Source: Torpedo marmorata (taxonomy: Eukaryota). From it: a stretch of 64,000 nt of DNA. The notes under the pieces are model-generated. The model saw only the letters and a list, made by a program, of their open reading frames with translations, searched no databases and was not told the origin of the DNA. A program made the position numbers and the translations under genes. Within the stretch, counting starts at the first letter, position 1; every line of letters starts with the position of its first letter. The stretch spans positions 71,052,001 through 71,116,000 of the forward strand of contig OZ360226.1 of NCBI GenBank assembly GCA_977017645.1, in the 5' to 3' direction. Of this stretch, positions 11,761 to 22,264 are shown in pieces.

Positions 11761-12888
11761 TTAGGTGTTGCATCCTTTTCTCTTCTTTTTCAACACTGGA
11801 CAACTTGCTAGCATATGACCAGCCTTCCTACAGTAGTGGCAAATGGGACCCGAATGGTTTTCCCTTTTCCACTTTCCTTCATCCCATTCCTTAACACCAC
11901 TTCCAAATTTACTTTCCACTTGCTTGGGATTATCCACAGTGACCTTTTGGAAAATTCTACCTGACGTCCACTTAGGTTTGTGGGTTAAAGCATATTCATC
12001 TGCTAACTTAGCTGAATTTTGCCAAGTTTTCACCTCCTTTTCATCTAAGTATGCCTTAATATCCTCAGGAACACACCTTTTTATCTACTCGATTATTATC
12101 AATTCTCTCAATTGATTGTAATCATTGTTTACCGCCTTAGATGTGCACCACCGGTCAAAACACACAACCTTTTCATAGGCAAACTCTGTGTAAGATTGGG
12201 TTGCTGATCTTTTTAAATTTCTAAACTTCTGTCTATCAGCCTCTGGAACTAACTCATGAGCCTGGAGTATAGCCTTTTTCACCGTTTCATAATCAGCAGC
12301 TTGCTCTGTGGTAAGAGTACAATAAGCTTGCTGAGCTTTTCCTTTAATTACACTTTGTAACATAAGAGACCATTGGTCTTGTGGCCATTTTAATTTCACA
12401 GCCACCTTCTCAAAATGCTGGAAGTACTTATCTATTTCTGCCTCCTCAAATGGAGGAACCAACCTAACTTCTCTACCAGCCAAAAACCGCACAACAGGAT
12501 GATGAATTTGATTTTGGTGCTCTTCTTGTCTCCTCTCATTTTCCAACCTCATCTTTTCCAGCTCATATCTCCTATTTCTCTCATCGTTCTCTAAGTCTAA
12601 TCTCTTTTGTTCCAATTCCAATTTCTTTAGTTCCAACTGTATGTTTTCAGAAGGTTTACCCTTGGGAAACTGCTCTAACACGCTCTCTTCAAACTTTTTT
12701 CCTTTTATATAGTATTTGACAATTTTTCTCCCAATCTCTGCCTTTTTCGTAGATGGTTTTACAGAAGCAATGCCCAACTCTGTTGCTATAGCCACTAACT
12801 GTTCCTTTTTCGCCTTTTTAAAAGTATCAGGTTCAGGTGATTCCAAAAATTTTCCTACATCCATTGTTGCTGGTTTTTCGTTACACAC
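11761..12888 (-). pseudogene. gag: Gypsy gag with SCAN-like capsid region and CCHC zinc knuckle, frameshifted
   Basis: VPPFEEAEIDKYFQHFEKVA...W...W, YETVKKAIL...LVPEADRQKFR, and CHYCRKAGHMLASC. Confidence 0.85.
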
Positions 12889-12980
12889 ACACTAGCTTTT
12901 AATTAGCTTTACAAAAGGAATGTCTTAAACCAGACTGGGATTCCTTCAATTACCAAGATGGATTTTTAATTCAAATCCAA

Positions 12981-12993
12981 GGACGAGCCCCCA
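12981..12993 (-). promoter_or_regulatory. Primer-binding site complementary to the tRNA-Pro 3' end
   Basis: TGGGGGCTCGTCC lies 4 nt inside the 5' LTR on the minus strand and matches the first 13 nt of the tRNA-Pro PBS TGGGGGCTCGTCCGGGAT. Confidence 0.85.
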
Positions 12994-12997
12994 ATTT

Positions 12998-13873
12998 TGT
13001 TACATTTTCAAACCAGCAACGACAGAAGACGCAATGCAAAAGGGGTAAAATTGAAATTTATATTTATTAAAGACAATTAAACATATAATTTCACAACAAT
13101 TAACCCCACTATAAACGTCTATAAACACTATTCTTATCTCAAAGGTGTGTGTGTGTGTAACGCCCAGACCATTACAGTCTGTGCCCAACCCTCATGTAAA
13201 AATGGAAAAAACTTTCTACAAAAACCCCAGGTCAGTCATAAAAACAAGTCAGTCAAAAAAAATAATACAGTCCACAAAATTCACTCTCTATGTTCAGGAT
13301 CCAAATTCAGCTCTGTGTGCTGGCAAGAAGGACTTCTTAATGAACGTTGGAGTGAGACAATGATTGTTTATGCTTACGAATACTTGGCTTGCTTTTCTTC
13401 TCTGATGACTTTCCTTTTTGGTAGAGATTCACGAGGATTGCGACTCCAAATCAGTATACCACTGATTGAGGCGTGTACTTGGATCTCACAGCCTGTCTCG
13501 CTGATCTCATGCCTGTTCTCCACAAAAGTTGCTTTAACTCAGGATTTTGCTGAGACAGGAGGCCATGTGCTATTCTCCCAACCTTTTTCCCTGGGATGCA
13601 CAAGCCTGGATTTTGCTGTGTTCTCTAGCCTTTGCAACTCCAAACTGCCACTGAACCTCAATGCTTTTTGCAGAGGTTTGCACCTGCTTTTGCAAAAGTG
13701 CAACAAAGTATCTTTTCCACAGCCTGTCTCTCTCTGGTCTCTCTCTCTCTCTGGGTACACCAAGTCCTGGGCAAGTTAACTCTTTCAGTACCTGGTCCCA
13801 GTGTGTACTCCAAAAGACTTCATCCTTCCTGCTGACCGTCCGCAGTCCAAATGGTCAGTCATGGTCCATAACA
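12998..13873 (-). repeat. 5' LTR of the Gypsy element
   Basis: Direct repeat of 8174-9041, adjacent to the PBS. Confidence 0.95.
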
Positions 13874-14277
13874 TACTTATTGATTTATTGTTCATAACAA
13901 TATACAAAACACACTGAAATGCTGGAGGAACTCAGTGGTTGGTTTCCTCAGCTTCCCACCATGCGCCCAAAATAGCATTTAATTCATCACTGCCTAACTG
14001 CTGAGTTTTGATTCCATTACTCCATGATGATCTTGTTTTCAGTGAAATTGTTCCTGAAATCTTTTTTTAAGTATTAGTTTCTAACTCCTAACCTTAAGTT
14101 TCCACCATTTAAAAAAAATTCCATCTGTCATTCACTGGACATGAGCATTGTTGCTTGCACAATTTGATGCAAAGAAGCCTCTGAAACTTGCTTGTGATGC
14201 ATTCCCATTTGGAGCCAGAGCAAACAAAGAAGTTGAGGAACTCAGCAAGTCAGGCAGCGTCCTGAGTTAAAGCACGG

Positions 14278-15150
14278 TGTTATGGACCATGACTGACCAT
14301 TTGGACTGCGGACGGGCAGCAGGAAGGATGAAGTCTTTTGGCGTGCACACTGGGACCAGGTACTGAAAGAGTTAACTTGCCCAGGACTTGGTGTACCCAG
14401 AGAGAGAGAGAGAAAGACCAGAGAGAGAGAGACAGGCTGTGGAAAAGATACTTTGTTGCACTTTTGCAAAAGCAGGTGCAAACCTCTGCAAAAAGCATTC
14501 AGTTTGGAGTTGCAAAGGCTAGAGAACACAGCAAAATCCAGGCTTGTGCATCCCAGGGAAAAAGGCTGGGAGAATAGCACATGGCCTCCTGTCTCAGCAA
14601 AATCCTGAGTTAAAGCAACTTTTGTGGAGAACAGGCGTGAGATCAGCGAGACCAGCTGTGAGATCCAAGTACACCCCTCAATCAGTGGTATACTGATTTG
14701 GAGTTGCACTCCTCGTGAATCTCTACCAAAAAAGAAAGTCATCAGAGAAGAAAAGCAAGCCAAGTATTCGTAAGCATAAACAGTCATTGTCTCTCTCCAT
14801 CGTTCATTAAGAAGTCCTTCTTGCCAGCACACAGAGCTGAATTTGGATCCTGAACATAGAGAGTGAATTTTGTGGACTGTATTATTTTTTTCTGACTGAC
14901 TTGTTTTTATGACTGACCTGGGGTTTTTGTGGAAAGTTTTTTCCATTTTTAAATGAGGGTTGGGCACAGACTGTAATGGTCTGGGCTTTACACACACACA
15001 CACCTTTTAGATAAGAATAGTGTTTATAGATGTTTATAGTGGGGTTAATTGTTGTGAAATTATATGTTTAATTGTCTTTAATAAAAATACATTTCAATTT
15101 TACCCCTTTTGCATTGCGTCTTCTGTCGTTGCTGGTTTGAATTTGTAACA
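14278..15150 (+). mobile_element. Solo LTR of the same Gypsy family, opposite orientation
   Basis: Reverse complement of 12998-13873, TGTTATGG...TGTAACA. TSD ACGG at 14274-14277 and 15151-15154. Inserted into the 3' end of a SINE. Confidence 0.95.
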
Positions 15151-15338
15151 ACGGTAACAAGGCCCTTCCAGTCCACAACCTACATCAATTAACCTACAAA
15201 CCCCATATGTTTTTGGAGAGCGGGAGGAAACGGAGCACCTGGATGAAACAGGGAGAACGTCCAAACTCCTTACAGACAGAGCCGGATACGAACTGGCGCT
15301 GTAGCAGTGTTGCACTAACCACTATGCTAACCGTACGC
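15151..15338 (-). mobile_element. tRNA-derived SINE, same family as 7095-7345
   Basis: Reverse-complement similarity to 7095-7345. Its last bases (AGCACGG) lie on the other side of the solo LTR. Confidence 0.75.
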
Positions 15339-15429
15339 TAAATGGACAGAAACATTTTGGGTCAGGAACCTGTCTATTTCTCTCAGTGGATGCTGCTTAA
15401 TCTGCTGAGTCCCTCCATCTCTTTTTTAA

Positions 15430-15636
15430 TTTTAAAAATTTTTTAGAGTCTGTGCCGCCCAATTTACACCCCATTAACCTACACCCCCGGTACGTTTTGA
15501 ACGGTGGGAGGAAACCGGAGCAAACCCACGCAGACACAGAGAGAACATTCAAACTCCTTACGGACAGCCCGGTCTGGTCCCGATCGCTGGCGCTGTAAAG
15601 GTGTTGCGCTAATCGCTACGCCAACCGTCCTGCCCC
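15430..15636 (-). mobile_element. tRNA-derived SINE with internal deletions
   Basis: Minus strand GGGGCAGGACGGTTGGCGTAGCGATTAGCGCAACACC... matches the 7095 copy. Confidence 0.8.
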
Positions 15637-16180
15637 TTTGTTTTCTCAATATTCCAGCATCTGTAGTTTCTCGTGTCTCAAGTCAGAATATTTTTTTTGC
15701 AGTCAAGAAATTTAAATTGCATTTGGTGAACATTCACCTTTTTGACAGATCACAAATTTGAGCCAAAGCCAGCAATACCAACTTTTGCAGTATCGAGAAT
15801 ATAGTACTGGGCTTTGACCTTGTTGGCTCATGACTACAAAATGGCATACTGATGTTCTCAGGACCCTACAAATGTCAAAAGACTGAAGCATTGTGCAAAA
15901 GACATACAGAAAGTGGTGATATTGGAACAGTATTTCAAGTATCACATATTGGGAGCTGGATATTATAATAGAAACAAGACGTAATCCTGTCCTTTGAAAA
16001 GTTTTGTATTTAGCCCTAACAGGCTGGCCTAATCTCCAGAGAGAAATTACTTTGTATTCCTTTGATTAAAAACAGACCAAATATCAAAGCTGCATTCTGT
16101 TGAGGTCCAGATATCTAATATCTACAACATTCAGGAAGTGATTGCAAACTGACCAACATAATTTTCTCCCTGGGATTTCT

Positions 16181-17750
16181 ACTAGATTCCCTGAAAAGGC
16201 TGAGGACCCTGTGATATCTGTCTCTGAGGGCGACATCAGAACATCATTCAAGAGGGTGAACCCTCGCAAGGCGTCAGGCCCTGACGGCGTACCTGGCAGG
16301 GTATTGAAATTCTGCGCCAACCAACTAGCCGGAGTGTTCACGGGCATTTTCAACCTCTCATTGTAGCAGTCAGAGGTTCCCACCTGCTTCAAAAGGGCAT
16401 CAATCATCCCAGTACCCAAGAAGAGCTGCCTCAACGACTACCGCCCAGTAGCACTAACTTCTACTGTGATGAAATGCTTTGAGAGGCTGGTCATGGCCAG
16501 AATTAACACATACCTAAGCAAAGATCTGGACCCACTGCAATTTGCCTATCGCCACAATCGCTCCACAGCAGATGCAATATCGCTGGCTCTCCACTCAGCT
16601 CTGGACCACCTCGAAAACAGCAATTCATACATACGGTTGCTCTTCATTGACTACAGCTCGGCCTTCAATACCATTATTCCCTCAGTGCTGGTCAAGATGC
16701 TACAAACTCTAGGCCTCTGTACTCCCCTCTGCAACTGGATCCTTGACTTTCTCATCGGAAGACCACAGTCAGTACGAATTGGAAACAACGTCTCATCCTC
16801 ACTGATTATCAACACAGGCGCACCCCAAGGATGCGTGCTTAGTCCACTGCCCTACTCGTTATACACTCATGACTGTGTGGCCAGGCACAATTCCAATGCC
16901 ATATACAAGTTTGCCGATGACACCACAGTTGTCGGCAGAATAACAAACGACAATGAGGAAGCGTACAGGAGGGAGATAGATCAGCTCGTTGAATGGTGTA
17001 ATGGTAACAACCTTGAGCTCAACGTCAGCAAAACCAAGGAGATGATTGTGGACTTCAGGAGGAAGTCAGGGGAACACGACCCAGTCCTCATCGAAGGCTC
17101 AGTCATGGAGAGGGTCAAGAACTTCAAATTCCTGGGTGTCAACATCTCCGAGGATCTGTCCTGGAGCATCCACGTGGATGCAATCACAAAGAAGGCTCGT
17201 CAGCGGCTATACTTTGTAAGGTGTTTGCGGAGATTCGGTATGTCACCAAAGACTCTCGTAAACTTCTACAGGTGTACCGTGGAGAGCATTCTGGCTGGTT
17301 GCATCACTGCCTGGTATGGAGGCGCCAACTCCCAGGACAAGAATAAACTCCAGAAGGTTGTTAACTCGGCCTGTGACATCACAGGCACCAAACTTCACTC
17401 CATCGAGGACATCTACATGAGGCGGTGTCTTAAAAAAGCAGCCTCTATCCTCAAGGACCCCCACCACCCAGGCCATGCCCTCTTCACTCTGCTTCCATTG
17501 GGAAAAAGGTACAGGAGCCTAAAGACGAGCACTCAATGGCACAAGGACAGCTTCTTCCCCGCTGCCATCAGATTCCTGAATAATCAATGAACCAAAGACA
17601 CTGCCTTACTTTTCGTGCACTATTGTTTATAATTTTTTAATAGTAATGTCGTTAGATGGTTAATATGAATGTTAATTGCACTATGATGCTGCCGCAAAAC
17701 ACTGAATTTCATGACTTGTTCATGACAATAAATTCTGATTCTGATTCTGA
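16181..17750 (+). mobile_element. 5'-truncated Rex1/Babar LINE with an open RT segment
   Basis: ORF 16466-17590 (374 aa) with [31 protein letters not shown] and KDPHHPGH. Tail ATGACAATAA(ATTCTG)n. Confidence 0.95.
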
Positions 17751-18055
17751 AGGCTCTGGCCTGATGACCAGGACTGGATCGGGGTCTGCAGAATTTTGTC
17801 TGACACTGAGGCAGTTCTGCATCCATGTGCCTGGGCCACTAAGCTGCAGTGGACAAACAGCACTTTCTGGTTGTGATTGACGTCCATTTGAAAGGTCTGC
17901 AAGTGCTTTTTGCACAACTGGGAATTGACTGAAACATCTGGGTCATCTTTTTCCATCTTATGGATTATTAAGGGAGCTTGTGTTCTGATTTTGTTGCAAG
18001 TGAATATGAGCTCTTCCTGAGATAAATGGAGGCCTGTCATGTGTAGTTCACACTA

Positions 18056-18170
18056 CAGTAAAACCCCTGGTATCTGGCACCTGTAGGGATTGGTAGATGC
18101 CGGATAAGTGAATTTTACGGTTGCTTGAGGCTACCGGTTGCTTGAATTCCAGATAACAGGGGTTTTACTG
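18056..18170. mobile_element. 115-bp Tigger/pogo-type MITE
   Basis: 22-bp TIR CAGTAAAACCCCTG(G/T)TATCTGG with one mismatch. TA on both flanks. Confidence 0.85.
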
Positions 18171-18374
18171 TATATTGTCCTGTAACTAATAATTCTCCTT
18201 GTATATATCTTAACGGAGGCTTGGATGAAACAGGATTCTTTGCCTGTTCTTGCTTCCCAAAAGTTGTTTCAATTCTTATTTGCATGTTGGAACCCACTTC
18301 ACAAGGTAGTCAGGAGGTCAATTGCTTGCTCAAGCTTAAGTCAGTTTTTTACATTGATTCCCGTAACCATGTTG

Positions 18375-18545
18375 ATGATACAATGGAACAATCGGTAGAG
18401 ATGGTGTCTTACAACATTAAGGATTTGGGTTCAACCCTGACTTGTGGTGCCAGTTATGTGGGGTTTGCAAATTCCCCCAGTGAATGTATAGGTTTTCTCC
18501 AATATACCAAAGACTTGCAGGTTGGTATTTTAAATTGCCCTTGTA
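18375..18545 (+). mobile_element. Old degenerate tRNA/V-SINE
   Basis: B-box-like GGGTTCAACCC followed by a decayed V-domain-like stretch. Confidence 0.4.
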
Positions 18546-19068
18546 TATCAGTAAGTGATAGAATCTGAAGGGTGTTGATGGGAGAATGGGTTACTGGAAA
18601 AATTAGTGGAAGAATGGGGTTACTCTCTGAGCTGGCATAGACCTCTGTTAATGTCGTACAGCTCTCGCAGGCGAGATCTGAAACACGCGGATAAAATGAA
18701 TTGCCTGTTGATCTAATTTTATTGATGTTTATAGGAGGAATGTTGACAAGTGTAATGAGAGAACTTCTTGTTCCGCTATGAATAGTCTCAGGGGATCATT
18801 TACACCCTGCTGCAACGACGCTCGAGTTAACATATAAAGTCACTTATGAAAGATTAAAGTTTCAATTATCGTATTTCACTAATGTGCCAATTTGGTTAAT
18901 ATAGCTAAACCTTGGAGATCAGTTTTCTTTATCACCACCTAGACAGTGATAGGACAAAGCAAGCTGCCAACATTTTGTGGAACTTGCCTGATTTTCATTA
19001 CATTGAAATCAGAGGCTTCAAAATTAGGTAGGTTTCTAAAAAGAGCAAGATGTCGGCTCTGATAGATT

Positions 19069-22025
19069 TTTTTTTTTTTTTTAAATATTTTATTTTGAAT
19101 TTTAAATTTTTCACAGTAATACAACATACGTATTATACATTATTAATTCCAGTTAATAAAAAAACATAATTTGTATTACAGTGTGTCTAACCCCCGTCTT
19201 AACCCACCCTCTAAAAAAATTACCCACCCTCCACCCTTCCCTCCCTTTAATTCCCTCCCCTTACTAAAAACTAAAAGAAAAACAGAAAAGAAGGCATTGA
19301 TATTTCTTATCAAAAATAACTGAACGGATCGCTGCTGGGTCCACGGCTCGACGCGTGGTATTCAACAATATTTATTCTTTAAATTTGAGAGAGTCAATAG
19401 GGTCCAGGATGTAGAGCAACACATTTAAATATTTATACCTAATGATTGGATATATGGACGCCAAATTTGCAAAAATATCCCATATTTATTTCTCATATTA
19501 TATGTTATTCTTTCCAATGGAATACAGCTCCGCATCTCTGAATTCCATCTATCCAAACTTAAATTTGTATCTGATTTCCAAGTTACTGCTATACACTTCC
19601 TTGCTACTGCTAAAGCAATTTTTACAAATTTCAGTTGACATGTAGATAACTTCAACTTTGGTCTAGTTCCTTCCACATTTCCTAATAAAAATAAATCAGG
19701 ATTTTGTGGAAATGTAACACCTGTAATTTGTTTTAACCGGTTCCCTAACTCTATCCAAAAACATTTAACTTTAGAACATAACCATGTTGAATGTAAAAAA
19801 GTTCCTTCCACTTCACCACACCTAAAACACCTATTTGATAACGTAGATTTTATCTTATTCAGTTTTTGTGGTGTAAGGTATAATTGATGTAAAAAATTAT
19901 ACTGTACTAACCTATATCTTACATTAACAGTATTAGTCATACTATCTTGACATAAATCCGACCATCTTTTTTCATCAATTGTAACATTAAGATCTTGCTC
20001 CCATCTTTGTCTAGATTTATGAAGTCCTCGTTTTAAAGTTCCCCTTTGTAGCAAAGAATACATTATAGAAGTAAATTTTTTAATATTTCCTTTCCTAATA
20101 AGGGTTTCTACCTCACTACAATCTTGTAACAACATATCTGGACCTAATTTTTCTCTTAAATAACCTCTTAATTGAAAATAACAAAAGAGAGTGTTATTGG
20201 GTATTCCATATTTATTCCGTAATTGTACAAACGACATCAACTGGTTCCCTTCATAACAATCTTCTTTCTTCTTTATTCCTTTCTGTGACCATATATTTAA
20301 AAATTGATTATCTTTTGTAAATGGTATAAGATTATTCTGTATTAAAGACATTTTGGGTGATATGTTTCCTTTCATCCCTATCTCATCATTAATCTTGTTC
20401 CAAGCATTAATCAAATGTTTTAACAACGGCGTTTCTTTAGCACCTATCAATAATTTTGAGTTCCATTTGTATATAAATTCTTCTGGTACCCTTTCTCCTA
20501 TTTCACCAAGCTCTATTCCAACCCATGCAGGTCTTACTTCACTTTCAAAAAAAGAAGTAACAAATCTCATTTGTGCCGCTCTATAATAATTCTTAAAATT
20601 AGGGAGTTGTAGACCTCCCAGTTCATATTTCCATGTTAGACGTTCCATAGAAACTCTTGACATTTTACCTTTCCAAAGAAATTTTCGCACTTGTTTATTT
20701 AAATCCTGAAAAAAAGCCTGTGGTAATAAAATAGGTATAGTTTGATACAAGTACTGTATCCTTGGAAATATATTCATTTTAATACAGTTAACTCTTCCAA
20801 TCAGTGTGATGGGTAAATTAATCCATTTCTCCAAGTCTTCTTTAATTTTTTTAAGCAATGGTATATAATTCAATTTATATAAACTTTTTAATTTATTATC
20901 TGTTCTAACCCCAAGATATTTTATTCCCTTATGTGGCCATTTAAACTGGGTACTTCTTTTACATAAAGTATAGTCTCCTTCCGTAAGGGGCATAATTTCA
21001 CTTTTATCCCAGTTTATCTTATAACCAGAGACTTTTCCATATTCCTCCAATTTAAAATGTAATCTTTGCAAAGAAGTCTCAGGCTCCATGAAGTATATTA
21101 AGACATCATCCGCAAATAAACTAATTTTATGTTGCTCTTGACCAACTGTAAATCCCTTAATTGCCAAATTTCTTCTAATTGCCTCTGCTAACGGTTCTAT
21201 AGCTAATATAAATAAAGCTGGTGACAACGGGCATCCCTGTTGGCTAGACCTTGTCAAGCAAAACGAAGTTGATATTTGTCCATTAGTCTCTACTTTAGCT
21301 TTTGGAGCATTATATAATGCTTTAATCCAATCTATATGTCTTCCCCAATCCAAATTTCTCCAATACTTTAAACAAAAAGTCCCACTCCAGTCTATCAAAA
21401 GCTTTCTCTGCATCTAGTGCCACTGCTACACTTAGTACTTTCCTTTTTTGAGCTAAATGAATAATACTAAGTAACCTTGCTACATTGTCAGCTGCTTGTC
21501 TCTTTTTTACAAAGCCTGTTTGATCCATGTTTACTAATTTTGGCAAAAATTTTGTTATCCTATTTGCCAAGATTTTCGCCACAATCTTATAATCTGCATT
21601 CAGTAATGAAATTGGCCTATATGATGAAGGTTTCAAAGGCTTTTTTTTTTGGTATTACTGTAATTATTGCAGTAGAAAAAGATTCTGGAAGTGTATGCGT
21701 CACAGACGCTTGTTGTAACATATCCATAAAAATAGGAATTAATAATTCCTTAAATTCTTTATAAAACTCTGGTGGAAAACCATCCTCCCCCGGTGCTTTA
21801 TTACTTTGTAATGAATTCATTGCATCTTTCACTTTCCTCTGCGTAAACTGGGTACTTAATTCTAATCGCTCTTGCGTGTTTAAACTTGGTAAATTTATCT
21901 GTGATAGATATCCATCAATATTACTATCATCTTGCAGAGATTTTGATTTATATAAATCAGAATAAAAAATTTTAAAAGAATCGTTTATTATTTGAGGCTT
22001 ATAACTAATAACATCAGCCTCAGTT
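19069..22025 (-). mobile_element. 5'-truncated L1, second subfamily
   Basis: Frameshifted ORF2: APGEDGF, YRPISLLN, LDAEKAFD, QGCPLSP, LFADD, CFRC...H..W.C. Poly(A) tail. 13-bp TSD GCTCTGATAGATT at 19056-19068 and 22026-22038. Confidence 0.95.
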
Positions 22026-22264
22026 GCTCTGATAGATTATTGCCTGAGTGATGAAATGTGAAAGTTCATGCCTGGAATCTTGCTTCACCCAATAATTTTC
22101 CATTTCAGTTTTGAAACCATTACCAATCCAGCCAAGCTGACCATGACTAAAAATAATTATAAACTATTTACATATTTCTTGTGCTTATTAACTTTGTAGT
22201 GTAAACAGGTACTTCTTACCACCAAATGAAATCAATCCCTGTACAGTGCATAGAATAACACCAC

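Larger units (their letters stand above)
8174..13873 (-). mobile_element. Gmr1-like Ty3/Gypsy LTR retrotransposon, internally deleted
   Basis: Two ~870-bp TG...CA LTRs, 4-bp TSD TACT (8170-8173, 13874-13877), PBS and PPT. Domain order gag-PR-IN-(RT remnant)-RNase H. Confidence 0.95.

Noticed and set aside
12998-15150. Gene conversion between the 5' LTR and the neighbouring solo LTR
   Set aside because: Some variants unite the 5' and solo LTRs but others unite the 3' and solo LTRs, consistent with independent private mutations. Not resolvable by eye.
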